From contig NW_024704743.1 of assembly GCF_018977255.1 (NCBI RefSeq), positions 101,558,001-101,622,000 on the forward strand: 64,000 nt of DNA, read 5' to 3'. Of the stretch, positions 1-37,849 are shown one piece after another. Positions within the stretch are counted from its first letter, which is position 1, and the number at the start of each line of letters is the position of its first letter. This DNA comes from Callorhinchus milii (lineage: Eukaryota). The notes beneath the pieces were generated by a model. The model ran no database searches, was not told where the DNA came from, and saw nothing but the letters and a program-made list of their open reading frames with translations. A program made the position numbers and the translations under genes.

Positions 1-727
1 GTGGTGGCGTTACATCAAATGCAGGGATTATTATTAAATATTCCTTTATATTTTTTAGTTCCACAGACAGAGACGTTTTTGTCTTAATAAATAGTCAACA
101 AATGTACAAGTTACACATGTCTTTAATTGTGTATATGAAAAAAAATCTTAACATGTAATGGTAAGACTCCAGCTGCTGACTTGAAATAATCCAGTAAATA
201 TGGGTGTAACATTACTTTTTTCATAACATGATTACTGATGTCACTCACATTGTGTAATAGGCTTAAGGAGCACAAAAGAGGTGTATCTCTCGTTACTATA
301 TTTTCTCTGAACTTCATATACAGTGAGTGGAACAGCTGCAGCAGATTGAATACTATGAGGTAACTTAATCCATATCGTTCACTGATCTGTGACAACTTCA
401 ATGTCTTGGTACTGCAGATATGATTTATTAACAAATTACCTTTAGGATAAACTAAGGGTAGTGCCGGTATACAAGGCAAATCTAACCGTAGTTCAAACAA
501 AACGTTTCTTCAACTTGCCAGTTCTGAAATAAACTTGAGCTCATAGTTCTAGGCTGATGCTCTGATGCAGAGTTGGATGTGCGCTGCACTGTCAAGAGGT
601 GTTGATGAGAGGTTAAACTGTCTGCTTGTTTAGGTGGACATTAATGGTCACTATGTTACTATTCAAAAAGATAAGAGAGGTTCTCTCTTGTCCTGGCCAA
701 CAGGTTCCACCAACAACGAGTGACGAT

Positions 728-1074
728 GATCCTTGCATTTGAAAAAGCGCCTTATCGCATCATTGAGACGCCTCGAAGTGCTTCACAGAATATACTGTAA
801 AGTGAATTGAGTGTTTATTTTGCGGGCAAAACACGGCAGCCAACTGTGCATAGCAGTGTCCCACAAACAGTTGTGGATATTTTTGTTTTGAAGGGATTAT
901 TACTCCTGGAAAAGTGATCTGCCAATCGACTAACATCCAGGTTCCTACTTACTGCTAGGTAAACAGAGGCGCGTGGAGTAAGGAAACTTGCCCAACATTT
1001 CGCCCTGCCGGGAATCAAACCCAGGTCCTCTCGCTTGCGAGGCGAGTGCTCTAACCACTAAACTCCAGGACTCC
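728..1074 (-). mobile_element. tRNA-derived SINE (long variant), L2-like tail
   Basis: Reverse-complement A/B-box head ggagtcctggagtttagtggttagagc...ggtttgattcc; tail caaatgcaaggat. Confidence 0.85.
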
Positions 1075-2158
1075 ACTACGTTTTGCCACTACTATGTTTT
1101 GTGGGCCTTTATTGGCAATCAGGGACATTATTTGTCTGGAGGAAAATAATGTTTGGAGTTAAAGGAATATAATATAGTAAAATAGGAACAGGAGGAGACC
1201 GTTCAGCCCATTGAGCCTGTTCCACCAGATTATTGGCTGCTGGTGATTCTTTATTGCCTGCCCTTTCACCATTCCCTCTTAATATCTCTTCTATCCAACT
1301 CATAGAATCATCGAGTTATACAGCACAGAAAAAGGCCACTCGGCCCATCGTGGCTGTACCGACTCTTTGTAAAGATCTGTCCAAATCAATCCCACTCCCC
1401 ACTCTCTGCCCATAGCTCTGCAATCTTGTGCCCCAGCAAAGACAAGTATTTGTCTTTTTCTCTGAACATCCCAATCGATTCTGCTTCCACAACTCTCTGA
1501 GACAGAGTGTCCCAGATCTTCAGAACCATCTATGTGATCTCAGTGCTAACATAAATCTTAATTTTTAGAAATGAGTAGACAGGCAAGAGTTTGTTTTCAC
1601 ATCATTGTTACTGATGCCTTGGTTTCCACTTTGCAAATAAATTGAGGTAGATTCTAGGTGCTTTTCACCTCAAGCTATTGCAGCCAGTTCTCAAGTAATC
1701 TCTAAACTAAACCGAAGAAACTGTTAGACAAACTAAATGCTTTCATGTATGCTGCATTCGGGAGCTTGCCTCGAAAGTGTGAAAAGCGCTATTGTGGAAG
1801 TGGAAGTTGTTCTTGTGTTGATCATGTTGTTTGGTGCTATCCACTGTCCCAATTGATTTCTATTGAAGCTTCCCCAGAGGTGAAGCATTTCGCAGGCATA
1901 GTTCCAAAGACATCAGTGACATTTTATTTATTTTTGGGTTTGGCCATTTATACATTATGCAGTGCACATGGAATTCAGGCTGGTTTGGATCTCCTAAGCA
2001 TAATGATGGGTATCTGCACGTTTTGAGCAATTTCAGGAGAGATACCAGGAAATGTTTCTTTATTTAGAACGGGTTACCAGAAAGGCTAGTTGAGTCTGGG
2101 ACACTAGATTCATTTAAAAAATAGTTTGATGCTGTGATGGAAAGATGGAAGGGACAGT

Positions 2159-2473
2159 GAGTCCTGTAGCTCAGTGGTTAGAGCACTCGCCTTGCAAGCG
2201 AGACACCTGGGTTCAATTCCAGGCCGGGGTGGAACCTTGGGCAAGTTTCCTTACTCCACACGCCTAATAATAATCCTCCAAAGCAAAACAATAATAAATC
2301 GGTCATTTTCAATACACGACTGTTTGTGGGACACTGCTGTGCTCGAATGGCTGCTGTGTTTCGCCCACAAATATACGGTCAATTCACTTTACAGTCTATT
2401 TTGTGAAGTGCTGTGAAACGTCGAGAAGACATGAAAAGCGCTATATCAAATGCAAGGATTATTATTATTATTA
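2159..2473 (+). mobile_element. tRNA-derived SINE (short variant)
   Basis: gagtcctgtagctcagtggttagagc...gggttcaattcc head; Deu-like core; tail gcgctatatcaaatgcaaggattattatt. Confidence 0.9.
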
Positions 2474-5400
2474 TCTGGAAGGATAAGATCAAATGGGCCA
2501 AAGAGTCTTCATCTGAACCGATTTTGTGATATGCTGAAACTGGCTGGTTTGGGGAAAGAACTTGAGGAAGACGTAAGTATTTGTGCTGCTTTTATACTAT
2601 AAAATTATGACTTTTTTCGCCCCCCACACTCATTTATAATGTCAGTATTGAACATCAGTCAACCCTTTCAAAATTCCATTTTAAGTATTTTGTGTAATAT
2701 CCTAGGGAAAGAGTGAGGATGATTTTATACATTTTATTGGCCTTATGCCGATTCAAAGCAGCTCCAGTGAACATTGGGTTTTTTCTTGTAGTAGTAACAA
2801 TAATAATTCTTATAAAATTTACAGTAACAATAAATAATAAGTCCTTACATTTGATATAGCACCTTTCACGTTGGAAGGACGTGTCAAAGCACTTCACAGG
2901 GTACGCTAACGTGGAATGCCTGTGTGTTTTGAGAGTGAATGATACACTAGCTCCATGTACAGCAGTAAAATTGACACATGTTTTGTGATCCCTGCCTTCT
3001 GAGAATATACTAATGACAAAAAAAATCTAATGGGCATGTTTAAACACACCCTGTACATCTATTAACATTTTTGCATGATACCAGAGAGGGATGAGCTATG
3101 CTTGTGAATTTCTGTTATGAATACTTGCAGAAAGATATTTCGACTTGTGTACATCTGCTGCACAAGCAAGCCTGTGCTTGCATCACCTTCCTTACAAAGC
3201 TTCAGTTGTGTTTTAAAGACAAATCACATTTTTTTTAAAAAGTGAAAAATTATCTGGTTATTCTTTAACTTGGAAAAGATTGAGTTAGTATTTCTGAGGT
3301 AGTAAACAATGACTTGAGGTTAAATACATGAGCAGATCAATATTTCACTCTTCAAAAATAAACCAGATAAAATTGATCGTTCATTTCGTGGCCATTTGTG
3401 GGGCTTTGTTGTATGCAAATTGCACAATTACTACACTTTACAGTAATTCTTGTGAAATGCTTTGAAATAGCCTTCCACTGTGAAAGGAGCTTTATCAAAT
3501 GTAAAGAGTATTATTATTATTATTTTTATAAACGCAGCAACTTCCCTAAGTTCAAATTAGAGTATTTGCTTTGTAAGTACAAGTTACAAGATGAATGAAT
3601 GCACAATCGGGTTATCTCCAAACTGGGTAAACAATGGGGACAATGTATAATTGATGTGTAGAGTGATAATTATGCAAAACCTTTTAACCTTACATAAACA
3701 GTATCATACATTAATCATTTTTGCTTTTTGCAAAAAAATCTGCCTTTGTAGCAGCAGTAAGCAGTCGTGTTTGTCCATTCCTACTATTGAACGCTTAATC
3801 TGTTGTTTAGCAAGTATACAGGTTTGCTGAAGATTGCTGTTGTAAACTTTTATAGGGAGTTGACAGCAATGTGGTGTGTTTGGTGGTATAAAGCTTATTT
3901 CTGCATCACCACTGTAGGTTGAACTTTCCTTTGATGCAGACTGGTTGGGCCAGTTCCTGGTTAAGTTAAAAACCAGTTTGACTGGCCTGTTATGCCAACA
4001 AATTCTAGTCCCAGTCCCAGAGAATGTACAAACCTGCTCAACCAGTTACATGAAAGGCATATTGGGTTATCCATTGTGCATTATATATATACCCCAGCAG
4101 AAGCAAGGAGCTCGAGCAGAGCAGCGGCTTTCTCAGTGTGGTCCAGGTGTCTGCCTCCCTCCTCTTAACATGTGTGTGAGGATCATAGCTTCAGGGAATG
4201 CCAAGACTAAAAGTTCGCTAATGACAAGTTTTCTCACAGTTTAAACTTCAAAGGTACGTAGCACTGAATCCCTCTGGATCTTTGCTTAAGCTAAGATTTT
4301 AAATGTAAATGCTTATATTGTTATTAAGGTGGCTTTGACAAATGTGGCTTGTGAAGCACTTAGAGAATTTCTCTCTGAAACTTTTGTAAATAAGTAAATT
4401 AATGTCAAAGTGGGAAACAATTGATTTTGTTAGTTGTATCCATTATGTTAGTCTACTGTTCAGAAAAGTGCTGACATTTAGATTGAGCAATTGTGGTACA
4501 TAAAGTTGCAAACACAGAAACTGGAATTTTTCTGCCTTCCGTTTGATAACTGATTAACTAGTCCAGTAGTAGGTGAGAAGCTGAATAGAAAGGAATGAGG
4601 GCATGTGTTGTCATGCCTGACAATACTGCAGACATCTAGCTTTGAGGGAAATTATGCCTTTCATCCTGGCCATTGAACTCGGATCCTGATGCATTTGGGA
4701 AATTAAGCTCTTCAAGTTGTAAATTACATAGGCAACTTTCGTGGTGCAGTAGCTCTTTCAGTGCAGTATGTCCAGATAGTTGCAATGACCGGTCTGTGGC
4801 AGCGTTGGGTGACCATTGGTGACAATGGTAAGATGTACAAGTGTGTTCCAGTCAGCAGGGTCAGAAGGCAGTGACGTAAAGGCATTCCGCACCTTCTCTG
4901 ACTAATCTTTAAGTAGTCTATTTAGAAGGGTGGGACAGAAACATTAGTTTATCAGTGCAGTTAATACAGGTTTTAAGAATTTGTATGTTTTTACCCCATT
5001 TGCTGGAAAGTAAAATGGACTACAGAAAAACAAAGATGCATAAATAAACATATTGAAGAGAAGCATTACCAACCCAAATGTAAATGATTTGTACATATTA
5101 ATCAGACTATTGGTTTCTTGTTTTAATTATTATAATTTACTTTCGTTATTGTTGGCATTCTTTGTTATGAACTGACAATACAGCCATTGACATTTTGCAA
5201 TAGGCACCGATCGATTTCAACCACTTAACACTGTAGTTTTAACAAAGTCAAAACCTCGTAACCATAATTCGCTTTAAAATATAACAATTTGAACTTGCAC
5301 AGTCCATGTAGGGAGAATATTTCAAAGCACGTTAGACTAACAACTTGATTTATACAGTGACTTTCACACATATATATAGGGTAAGATCTCGGAGTGCTTT

Positions 5401-6224
5401 AAACATTTATATAGATGGCGTGGGAGCCTAAGCTGGGGTTTGGATGAGAGGAAACAGTGGGAAGTGGACAAAGAAAAAAGTCAAAAACAGAGGTCTTTAA
5501 AATAACAACAATAACTTGCATTTATATAGCACCCTTCACATTGGTTGGTGTCTCGGAGCGCTGAAAAGAAAATGGATTTATTAGAAACGTTTATATGGTT
5601 CAATTACAGTTTGGCATTGAATACCTCATTTTGAGTATCAACATTGAAGTACGTACTTTTGACAAGGTCTGTGGCCTTGGTGTGTTCAAACCAATGCTTT
5701 CCACAGATATCAAAGGTTGCCTTGTGTAAAATACTGAGTGAGAAGCTCCTTCATAGAATTTGGGATTATATAACTTCAGTGTAACTGCTATCTCTGGAAT
5801 CTGGTTTGTTGGAATTGTTCTCGTGTGGTAGAATTGATTGGGTTGAATTTTAAGTTCTGTTGGCAGTGAGGATGTTTACTCCGCACTGTGCTTTGCTGTG
5901 CAATCCTGTTTGACTTGTAAACTCATCTGCCCAAACAACCTTAAAGTTAGTTATTTTGCACAGATTTTGCTTTTTTGACGATACCAGTCTGTGATGGAAC
6001 TCTGACCTTCTGTTGTTCTGGGTAAATGAAATTCTTCATTAAAATGCTTCAATGTCCTTTCCTTTTTGTTGCTTTTGTTTAAATGCTCTGGTCGCTACCC
6101 TGTGTGAGGGGCAAATACAAGTTCTTGTTGTTGAAAGTGCACACAACAGACAAATTAATCCGCAAAATATAATAATAAACGTATAATGCAACACAGATAT
6201 GAATGATGCAGGATTCAGGTACTG

Positions 6225-6536
6225 AATTTCCTTACTCCACACGCCTAATAATAATCCCTCCAAAAACTAAAAACAAAACAATAAATTGGTCATTTTCAAA
6301 CTACGACTGTTTGTGGGACATTGCTGTGCGCAATTGGCTGCCGCGTTCGCCCACAAATATACAGTCAATTCACTTTACAGTGTGTTCTGTGAAGCGCTTT
6401 GGGACGTCCTCCCGACGTGAAAAGCGCTATATCAAATGCAAGGATTATTATTATTATTATTCTGTGAAGCGCTTTGGGACGTCTAGAAGACGTGAAAAGC
6501 GCTATATCAAATGCAAGGATTATTATTATTATTATT
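6225..6536 (+). mobile_element. 5'-truncated SINE with duplicated 3' tail
   Basis: Same body as 2159-2473; tail repeated at 6387-6460 and 6461-6536. Confidence 0.88.
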
Positions 6537-8664
6537 CCAGGTAAAATTTCAGTTTTCTTTATGTAAAGAACATTATGTAAAGAACGCTGGTATAAAATAC
6601 TTGATCGCAATCAAGTATATACGTCCAACATCTTGCTAAAGATTTGTATGTGGGTTAAAAACCCGTGAGGGCACTTTGAGCTTCTGGTGCAGTCTAGGCT
6701 GAGACTCCAGTACAGTGCAAGGGATGGTCTGCATCACTGGGAGGTACCATCCTTTGGTTGAGACATGAAACCAAGGCCAGTTTATGTCTTCAGGATATTA
6801 ACAATCCCTTGGCACTAATCAAAAGGAGAAGGAAGTTTCTTCTCCAGTTAAATTAGTCACCTCCTGCAGGATGTTGATGTGCGCAAATTACTTGTTGTAT
6901 TCGCCTACAAATACAGTCACTACAATTTATAGTATGTCCTATGAAGCAGTTTAGATGTTTGAACATAATATCCTCCACGTGAAATGCAAAGATTATTTTC
7001 ACGGTTCTAACCATTATTTACAATATCTTCATTGTGTGAGAGTTCTTTTTCCACACCCGTCTTTGCTGAGAAGGGAGGAGAACCCACTCCAGACATGTCA
7101 CTAGGTGGCTTTTTAAGAGCAGTTGGTGTGGCCAATTTTATTAGTCTCTGGCCTAGAAATGGACTTTCTATCACAACCCTCGCTCAGACCAGTTTACCCA
7201 CAATAGGCCAGGGAACAGCCTGGAACCTTCCTGGTCTGTATGGCTCAGTGCCAATTCACACGTCGAACAATGCGAGTATGACAAAATCTCCCAAAGCAGG
7301 GACTGAATCTTCAGTGCCCCAAGCTATCAAAATATGAGTCAGATTACAAACTGCAACACTAGAAGTCTACTTAGTCACTCAGTCTTTGTGAAAGCATTTC
7401 TGGTGGGAGGGGTAAAGTAGACTAAAGCACTGCTTTACCAATAGAAAGTGTGGGATAGTGGCTTGGTGACTAACCAGACTTGGGTGCTGCTCCTAGATGC
7501 ATAAATCGATTTAAACCTTCTGTAAAAGGGCACTTTGGAGGGCTGAGATCAGCTGCCATGTCTAGATAGGAAGATGATTCACAGTGAATGGCTTGCTGAT
7601 AGACAGTCTAATATGCTGGACGGGTAGTTGTCTTATGACTTGGTGACCTGACTTGGCCTATCACTAACATCAGAGTAATATTTGTGCATTTTCTCGGAAG
7701 CAATGAATTAATATTGCATGAGCAACTGGTGCAGACTGTTAATCCCTCCCCAACAAATGTTATAATAATAAAATAATAATTTATACTATACATGCACCTC
7801 CTAATCTCTTCTCATACTCCTGTATTGCATTCTCCCTCAAGTATCAAGAGAAATGTAGAAATTAACAGTAATCCGTTGAGCCCATTATATCTGTGCTGGC
7901 TTTTTGAAAGAATAATCCATTTGCCTCTTTTTCTCTTACCCTTACAAATTACTAATATTTCAGTTCAGTGGACTTAAACCTACAAATTTTCAGGTATTGG
8001 CTATTAATTGCCATGAAGTAGGTTGGTCACGTGTACAATACAAAATTATGTGACTTAGTGGTTAAGGTTGCTGAATGCAAGGAGAGAAATACTCGGGACC
8101 AGACTTCACAAAAATATTCTATTTCAAACTTTTTTAAGAACTGCAGAAAACTAAGACTAAATTTTGTGTAATCTTATATTTTGAGAAAAAAAGGATTCAG
8201 ACTAAGCTTAAGTGTAATTTCAGGTTTCTGACCAATATTCAATTACCCTTACTGGAAAATGTGTACGTGTGTATGTGCACATGCTTATGGGATATACCTT
8301 GGGATATACTCCTGATTTAATACATAAATGCAAATTGCTTTTGTGTGCTTATGTATGTGTCTGGGAATAGGTGAGAAGTTGGGTGGAGAAAGGATACAAT
8401 GCCTCAACCTACAATAATCACTATAATCAGACTCATGTGAGAAAAATAGCTGCTTAGGTAAGATAATGGAAAGTTGGTGGTATGAATGGAATGGTATCCC
8501 AGCATGTGTCACCACCATCAGAGGAAAGGAGAGAGAGAGACTAGGTGTCTAGGAGAGACTAGAGAAATAGTCTGGGGAGAAAAGAGAGAAAATCAATTTT
8601 GTGTGCCTAATGTATCGAGACTGATTCTTCTGATCTGAAGACCTAATCTGTTTGCTGCAGGTGA

Positions 8665-34005
<25,341 letters not shown>

Positions 34006-34377
34006 TCACTTGCATAACAGACAGCAGCAATGAGAGAGGTCCATGCAGATGCACATTCTGAAAATCACAATTTGCCTGATGTTTTGCAGAATGTAAGAGA
34101 CTCTGACCTGACTTTTATAGCAGTTTGTTAGTTCTAAGATTTCTTTGATTGTTATTTAAATTATATGTATTTTGTCTTTCATCTGCATATTATTGTTAAA
34201 ACTTTGAAAATTTGCACACCCTACTTAAGGTATGGTGTTCTTTGTTGCACTGGATAATAATGCAATTAAATATGTAAACCTTTCTACAATTGAAATGTTT
34301 AATATAGCTTGAAAGTTTCATTGTTATCGATTGAATAAGATGTTAGTGCTTATTGTTTGATAAATTTGTACTAGATT

Positions 34378-34383
34378 AATAAA
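34378..34383 (+). terminator. Probable RBBP8 polyadenylation signal AATAAA
   Basis: AATAAA about 370 nt after the stop, in an AT-rich 3'UTR. Confidence 0.55.
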
Positions 34384-35869
34384 GGAAATGTCTTTCTTCT
34401 AAAAGCTCAGGTGCTGACTAATGTTTGGTCAAGGCACACAATATGCAAGCAGTGAATTACTCAGAGACAACTCTGTCAAACCCCAAATACCAAATTAATT
34501 CCAACAGCATCATACTGAGAATAGATTAAATACAAACGTTACAAAAGAATTAAACCTGTACCAGTGGAGGAAAATTAAAGTGACAGTAAGAACTTCAGTT
34601 TTGATTGTTTTCATATCTAAAGTTCAAAGTAACAACATGTAGCACACCTAGAAAACATTTTACAAGTAGAACGGTCCCAGAAACACTTGAAGAAAAAGAC
34701 TGATTCATCTGGAAAATTGTTAGCTAGGATACTGGGAGAAAATACCTTCTTGAAGAACAGGCAGACAGGTCCTTGGTTTAAAGTCTTATCCAAAGGACAG
34801 TATCTCTGATAAAACAGCAATCCACAGTACATGCATTTATATAACTGTCCCTCTTGGTGGCGCTATGTAAATGCACGTTGTTGTTGTCGCCCACAAACTA
34901 TACAGTCAATTTACAGTATATTCTGTGAAGCGCTTTGAGATGTGACAAGGTGCTATATCAAACGCAATTATTATATTGTTGCTATCAACAGAATCCAGCT
35001 CAGTGAGGATTACCCAAATAGATAATGTTTTACAATAGGCTAATACATTAAACCAGGTGAAGGTAATATCATATGTATTAGAACAAACTGGATTCAGCTA
35101 CAAAAAGGCGTACCTGGCGCCATCATCTTCTCAATCCCAAGTTATGAGGCATTGGGAAATCCAAAATCCAAATGTCCCTGAGTAGTTCAGTCTCTTGAAA
35201 CAGGGAGCATTTTAGGAAAAGGGGTAATATTAGTGAGAATAACTAACAGCTATATGGAGTATTCAGTCTCTTGTTATCTATTGCACATCAATAGTTTTCA
35301 TTGGAGATATGAGTGATAGCGCAGCATCTACACAACTGCAAGAATTTACTTTAAGGATGCCATAATTTTCAAACATAGAGCAGTCATCAGACATTCTTTG
35401 GGACGTCCTCCCGACGTGAAAAGCGCTATATCAAATGCAAGGATTATTATTATTATTATTTAGATTTCCATAGACAGCACAGCATGGAAACAAGCTCTTT
35501 GCCCCAATTAGTGATGAAAGTCTGCATGAGTCACACACACTCCTTATTCCCTCCCATACCCTTCTACTCCCTTCTTCATGAGTACATCCAAATTCCTCTT
35601 GCATGCAAGTTTCACATTCTCAATAATCTCTGCATGAAGAAGTTGCCCCTGAATTATCTTTTTGACCCCCCTCCCCTCCCAGTTGATAATATATTCTTGA
35701 GTCCCCTGGTTATGGACTCCACAGCAAGATAGATTTACAAAAAAAAAAGCTTTTGAACATTGTAAATTATGGTATCAAATATATACTGTATTTGAGTTGA
35801 GCCTGGTTCAACTGGTAGAACTCTCGCCTCTGAGTCAGTAGGTTATGGGTTCCATGAGCAAATCACCTT

Positions 35870-36645
35870 AAATCCTTACTCGGATCTACTTGCTCCCATC
35901 GTGGGTGTCTTGTTTGACCTTGAACTGTTCTTTTTCCCCCACATCTGTGCCATCACCGGCACTGCCTACCACCACCTCTGCAACATTGCCATACTCCGCC
36001 ACTGCCTCACCCTCAGGCTGCTGAAACCCTCACCCACGCATTTGTCATATCAAGGCTCGATTACGGAAACTCCCTCCTCATCGGCCTTACCAACTCTTTC
36101 CTTCACAAGCTGCAGATCATCCAAAACTCTGCAGCTCGTGTACTCTCAAGCACCAGGCTCCGGGACCCCATCACTCCCACCCTCGCCCGACTCCACTGGC
36201 TCCCCATCCCCCAGAGGATCGAGTTCAAGATCCTCGTCCTCACCTTTAAGGCCATCCATGGCCTCGCCCCCTCCTATCTCTCTGACCTGTTGACTCCCTA
36301 CCAACCTGCCCGCTCCCTCCGTTCAGCGGGCTCCGGTCTGCTCCATGTCTCACGCCCAACCCGCCCTATCATCGGTGGCCGGGCTTTCAGCCTCTCTGCC
36401 CCCACACACACAGGAATTCCATCCCACGGTCCCTTCGCCTCACTTCCTCCCTTGCCTCCTTCAAGGCCGGTCTCAAGACCCTTTTCTTTGATCGTGCCTT
36501 TGGTCTCCCTCCCACCTCTCTGTCTTCCCTCACCCCTACACCACCCCTCCCCCACGCTCGGGCCCCGACACCTGACTGTTCAGTGCTTTGGGACATCCTC
36601 CCGATGTGAAAGGCGCTCTATAAATGTAATTTTGTTGTTGTTGTA
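35870..36645 (+). mobile_element. L2 LINE 3' fragment
   Basis: LHWLP/RSLRS/GGRAFSLSAP-type coding remnant plus L2 tail ending in ttg repeats. Confidence 0.85.
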
Positions 36646-37039
36646 TCCTCCAGTGGACCAAGTTCAAGATCCTCATTCTCACGTTAAAATCCCTCCAAGG
36701 TCTCACCTCGCAATACCTCTGTGTCCTCCTTCAAACACGTTGTCCCAGCCGCTTCCTCCTGCTTGGTTAGACATCGTTGGAGGGTGTGTTTCAGCCATGA
36801 CTAGGAGCTCCATCAGAGAGTCCCTCTGGCTTACTCCTTCCTTTTACTCTTTCAATTCACCTCTATGAGTACGCTTGTGGTTATCTTTCCCTCCTCAATC
36901 ATTCGGCTCGGTTGCCCATCCAACACTGTGAATACACTTTGAGACATTCTCCCGACTTGAAGCCGCTTATAAATGTCAATGGTGTTGTAAATGTTGAGAG
37001 AATTTTATCAAGATGCACTGTTAGAGAAAACACTGGAGT

Positions 37040-37830
37040 GGGTGATGATTACCAATGAGAAAATACAGAGTGACCACCTCAGGGGCTGGATGAGCGCAAA
37101 TTTCCTTCAGCTGAAGGTTGACAAGACAAAGCCATACTCTTTGGCTCTCGTCAATGTCTAAAATCTCATGGTTCTCACCTCCTCCACCTACCCGAACTCC
37201 CCCTAAAACTCTCCAAACCCGTACGCAACCTAGGCGTCAGATTCGACCCCCAATTTTCCTTCCTCCCCCACATCCAGTCCCTCACCAGCACCGCTTTCTT
37301 CCACCTCCAACGCATCGCCCGTCTCCACCAATACCTCTCTCTGAGAGCCACTGAAACCCTGGTCCATGCGTTTGTCACCTCTCGGCTGGACTACTCTAAC
37401 GCCCTCCTTGCCGGTATCGCCTCCACTACCATCCATAAAATCCAGATTATTGAAAACTCTGCCGCCCGCATTCTCACCCGCACGAAACTCCCCGATCACC
37501 CCAGTCCTTGCCAGACTGCACTGGCTGCCTGTCCCAGAGAGGATTAACTTCAAGATCCTCACCCTCGTCTACAAATCCCTCCACTCCTTGCACCCCCCTA
37601 CCTCTCTGACCTCCTCTCTCCTCAAAACAGTGCCTGTTGCCTTCGTTCCTCTGGATCTGGCCTCCTTGTCTCCCGAATCCTCCGCTCCACCCTCGGTGGC
37701 CGTGCCTTCAGCCACTATGCCCTGAGGCCCTGGAACTCCCTTCCTCATTCCCTTCGCCTCGCTCCCTCTCTTCCTATTTTCAGGTCTCTGCTGAAGACTT
37801 TCTTTTCAACTTGGCTTTGGCTGTCCGGCA
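37040..37830 (+). mobile_element. L2 LINE 3' fragment (subfamily matching the inverted copy at 41020-41680)
   Basis: PVLARLHWLPVPERINFKILTLVYKSLH. Confidence 0.85.
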
Positions 37831-37849
37831 GCAGCCACACTGACTGCCC

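Noticed and set aside
2159..2232. tRNA-like sequence (also at 1000-1074, 31310-31385, 49456-49530)
   Set aside because: Each continues into a SINE body and tail, so these are SINE heads rather than tRNA genes.
123..8600. Short ORFs upstream of RBBP8 and search for its promoter/first exon
   Set aside because: No coding signatures or CpG island seen; probably intron 1 or upstream DNA, with the promoter not identifiable here.
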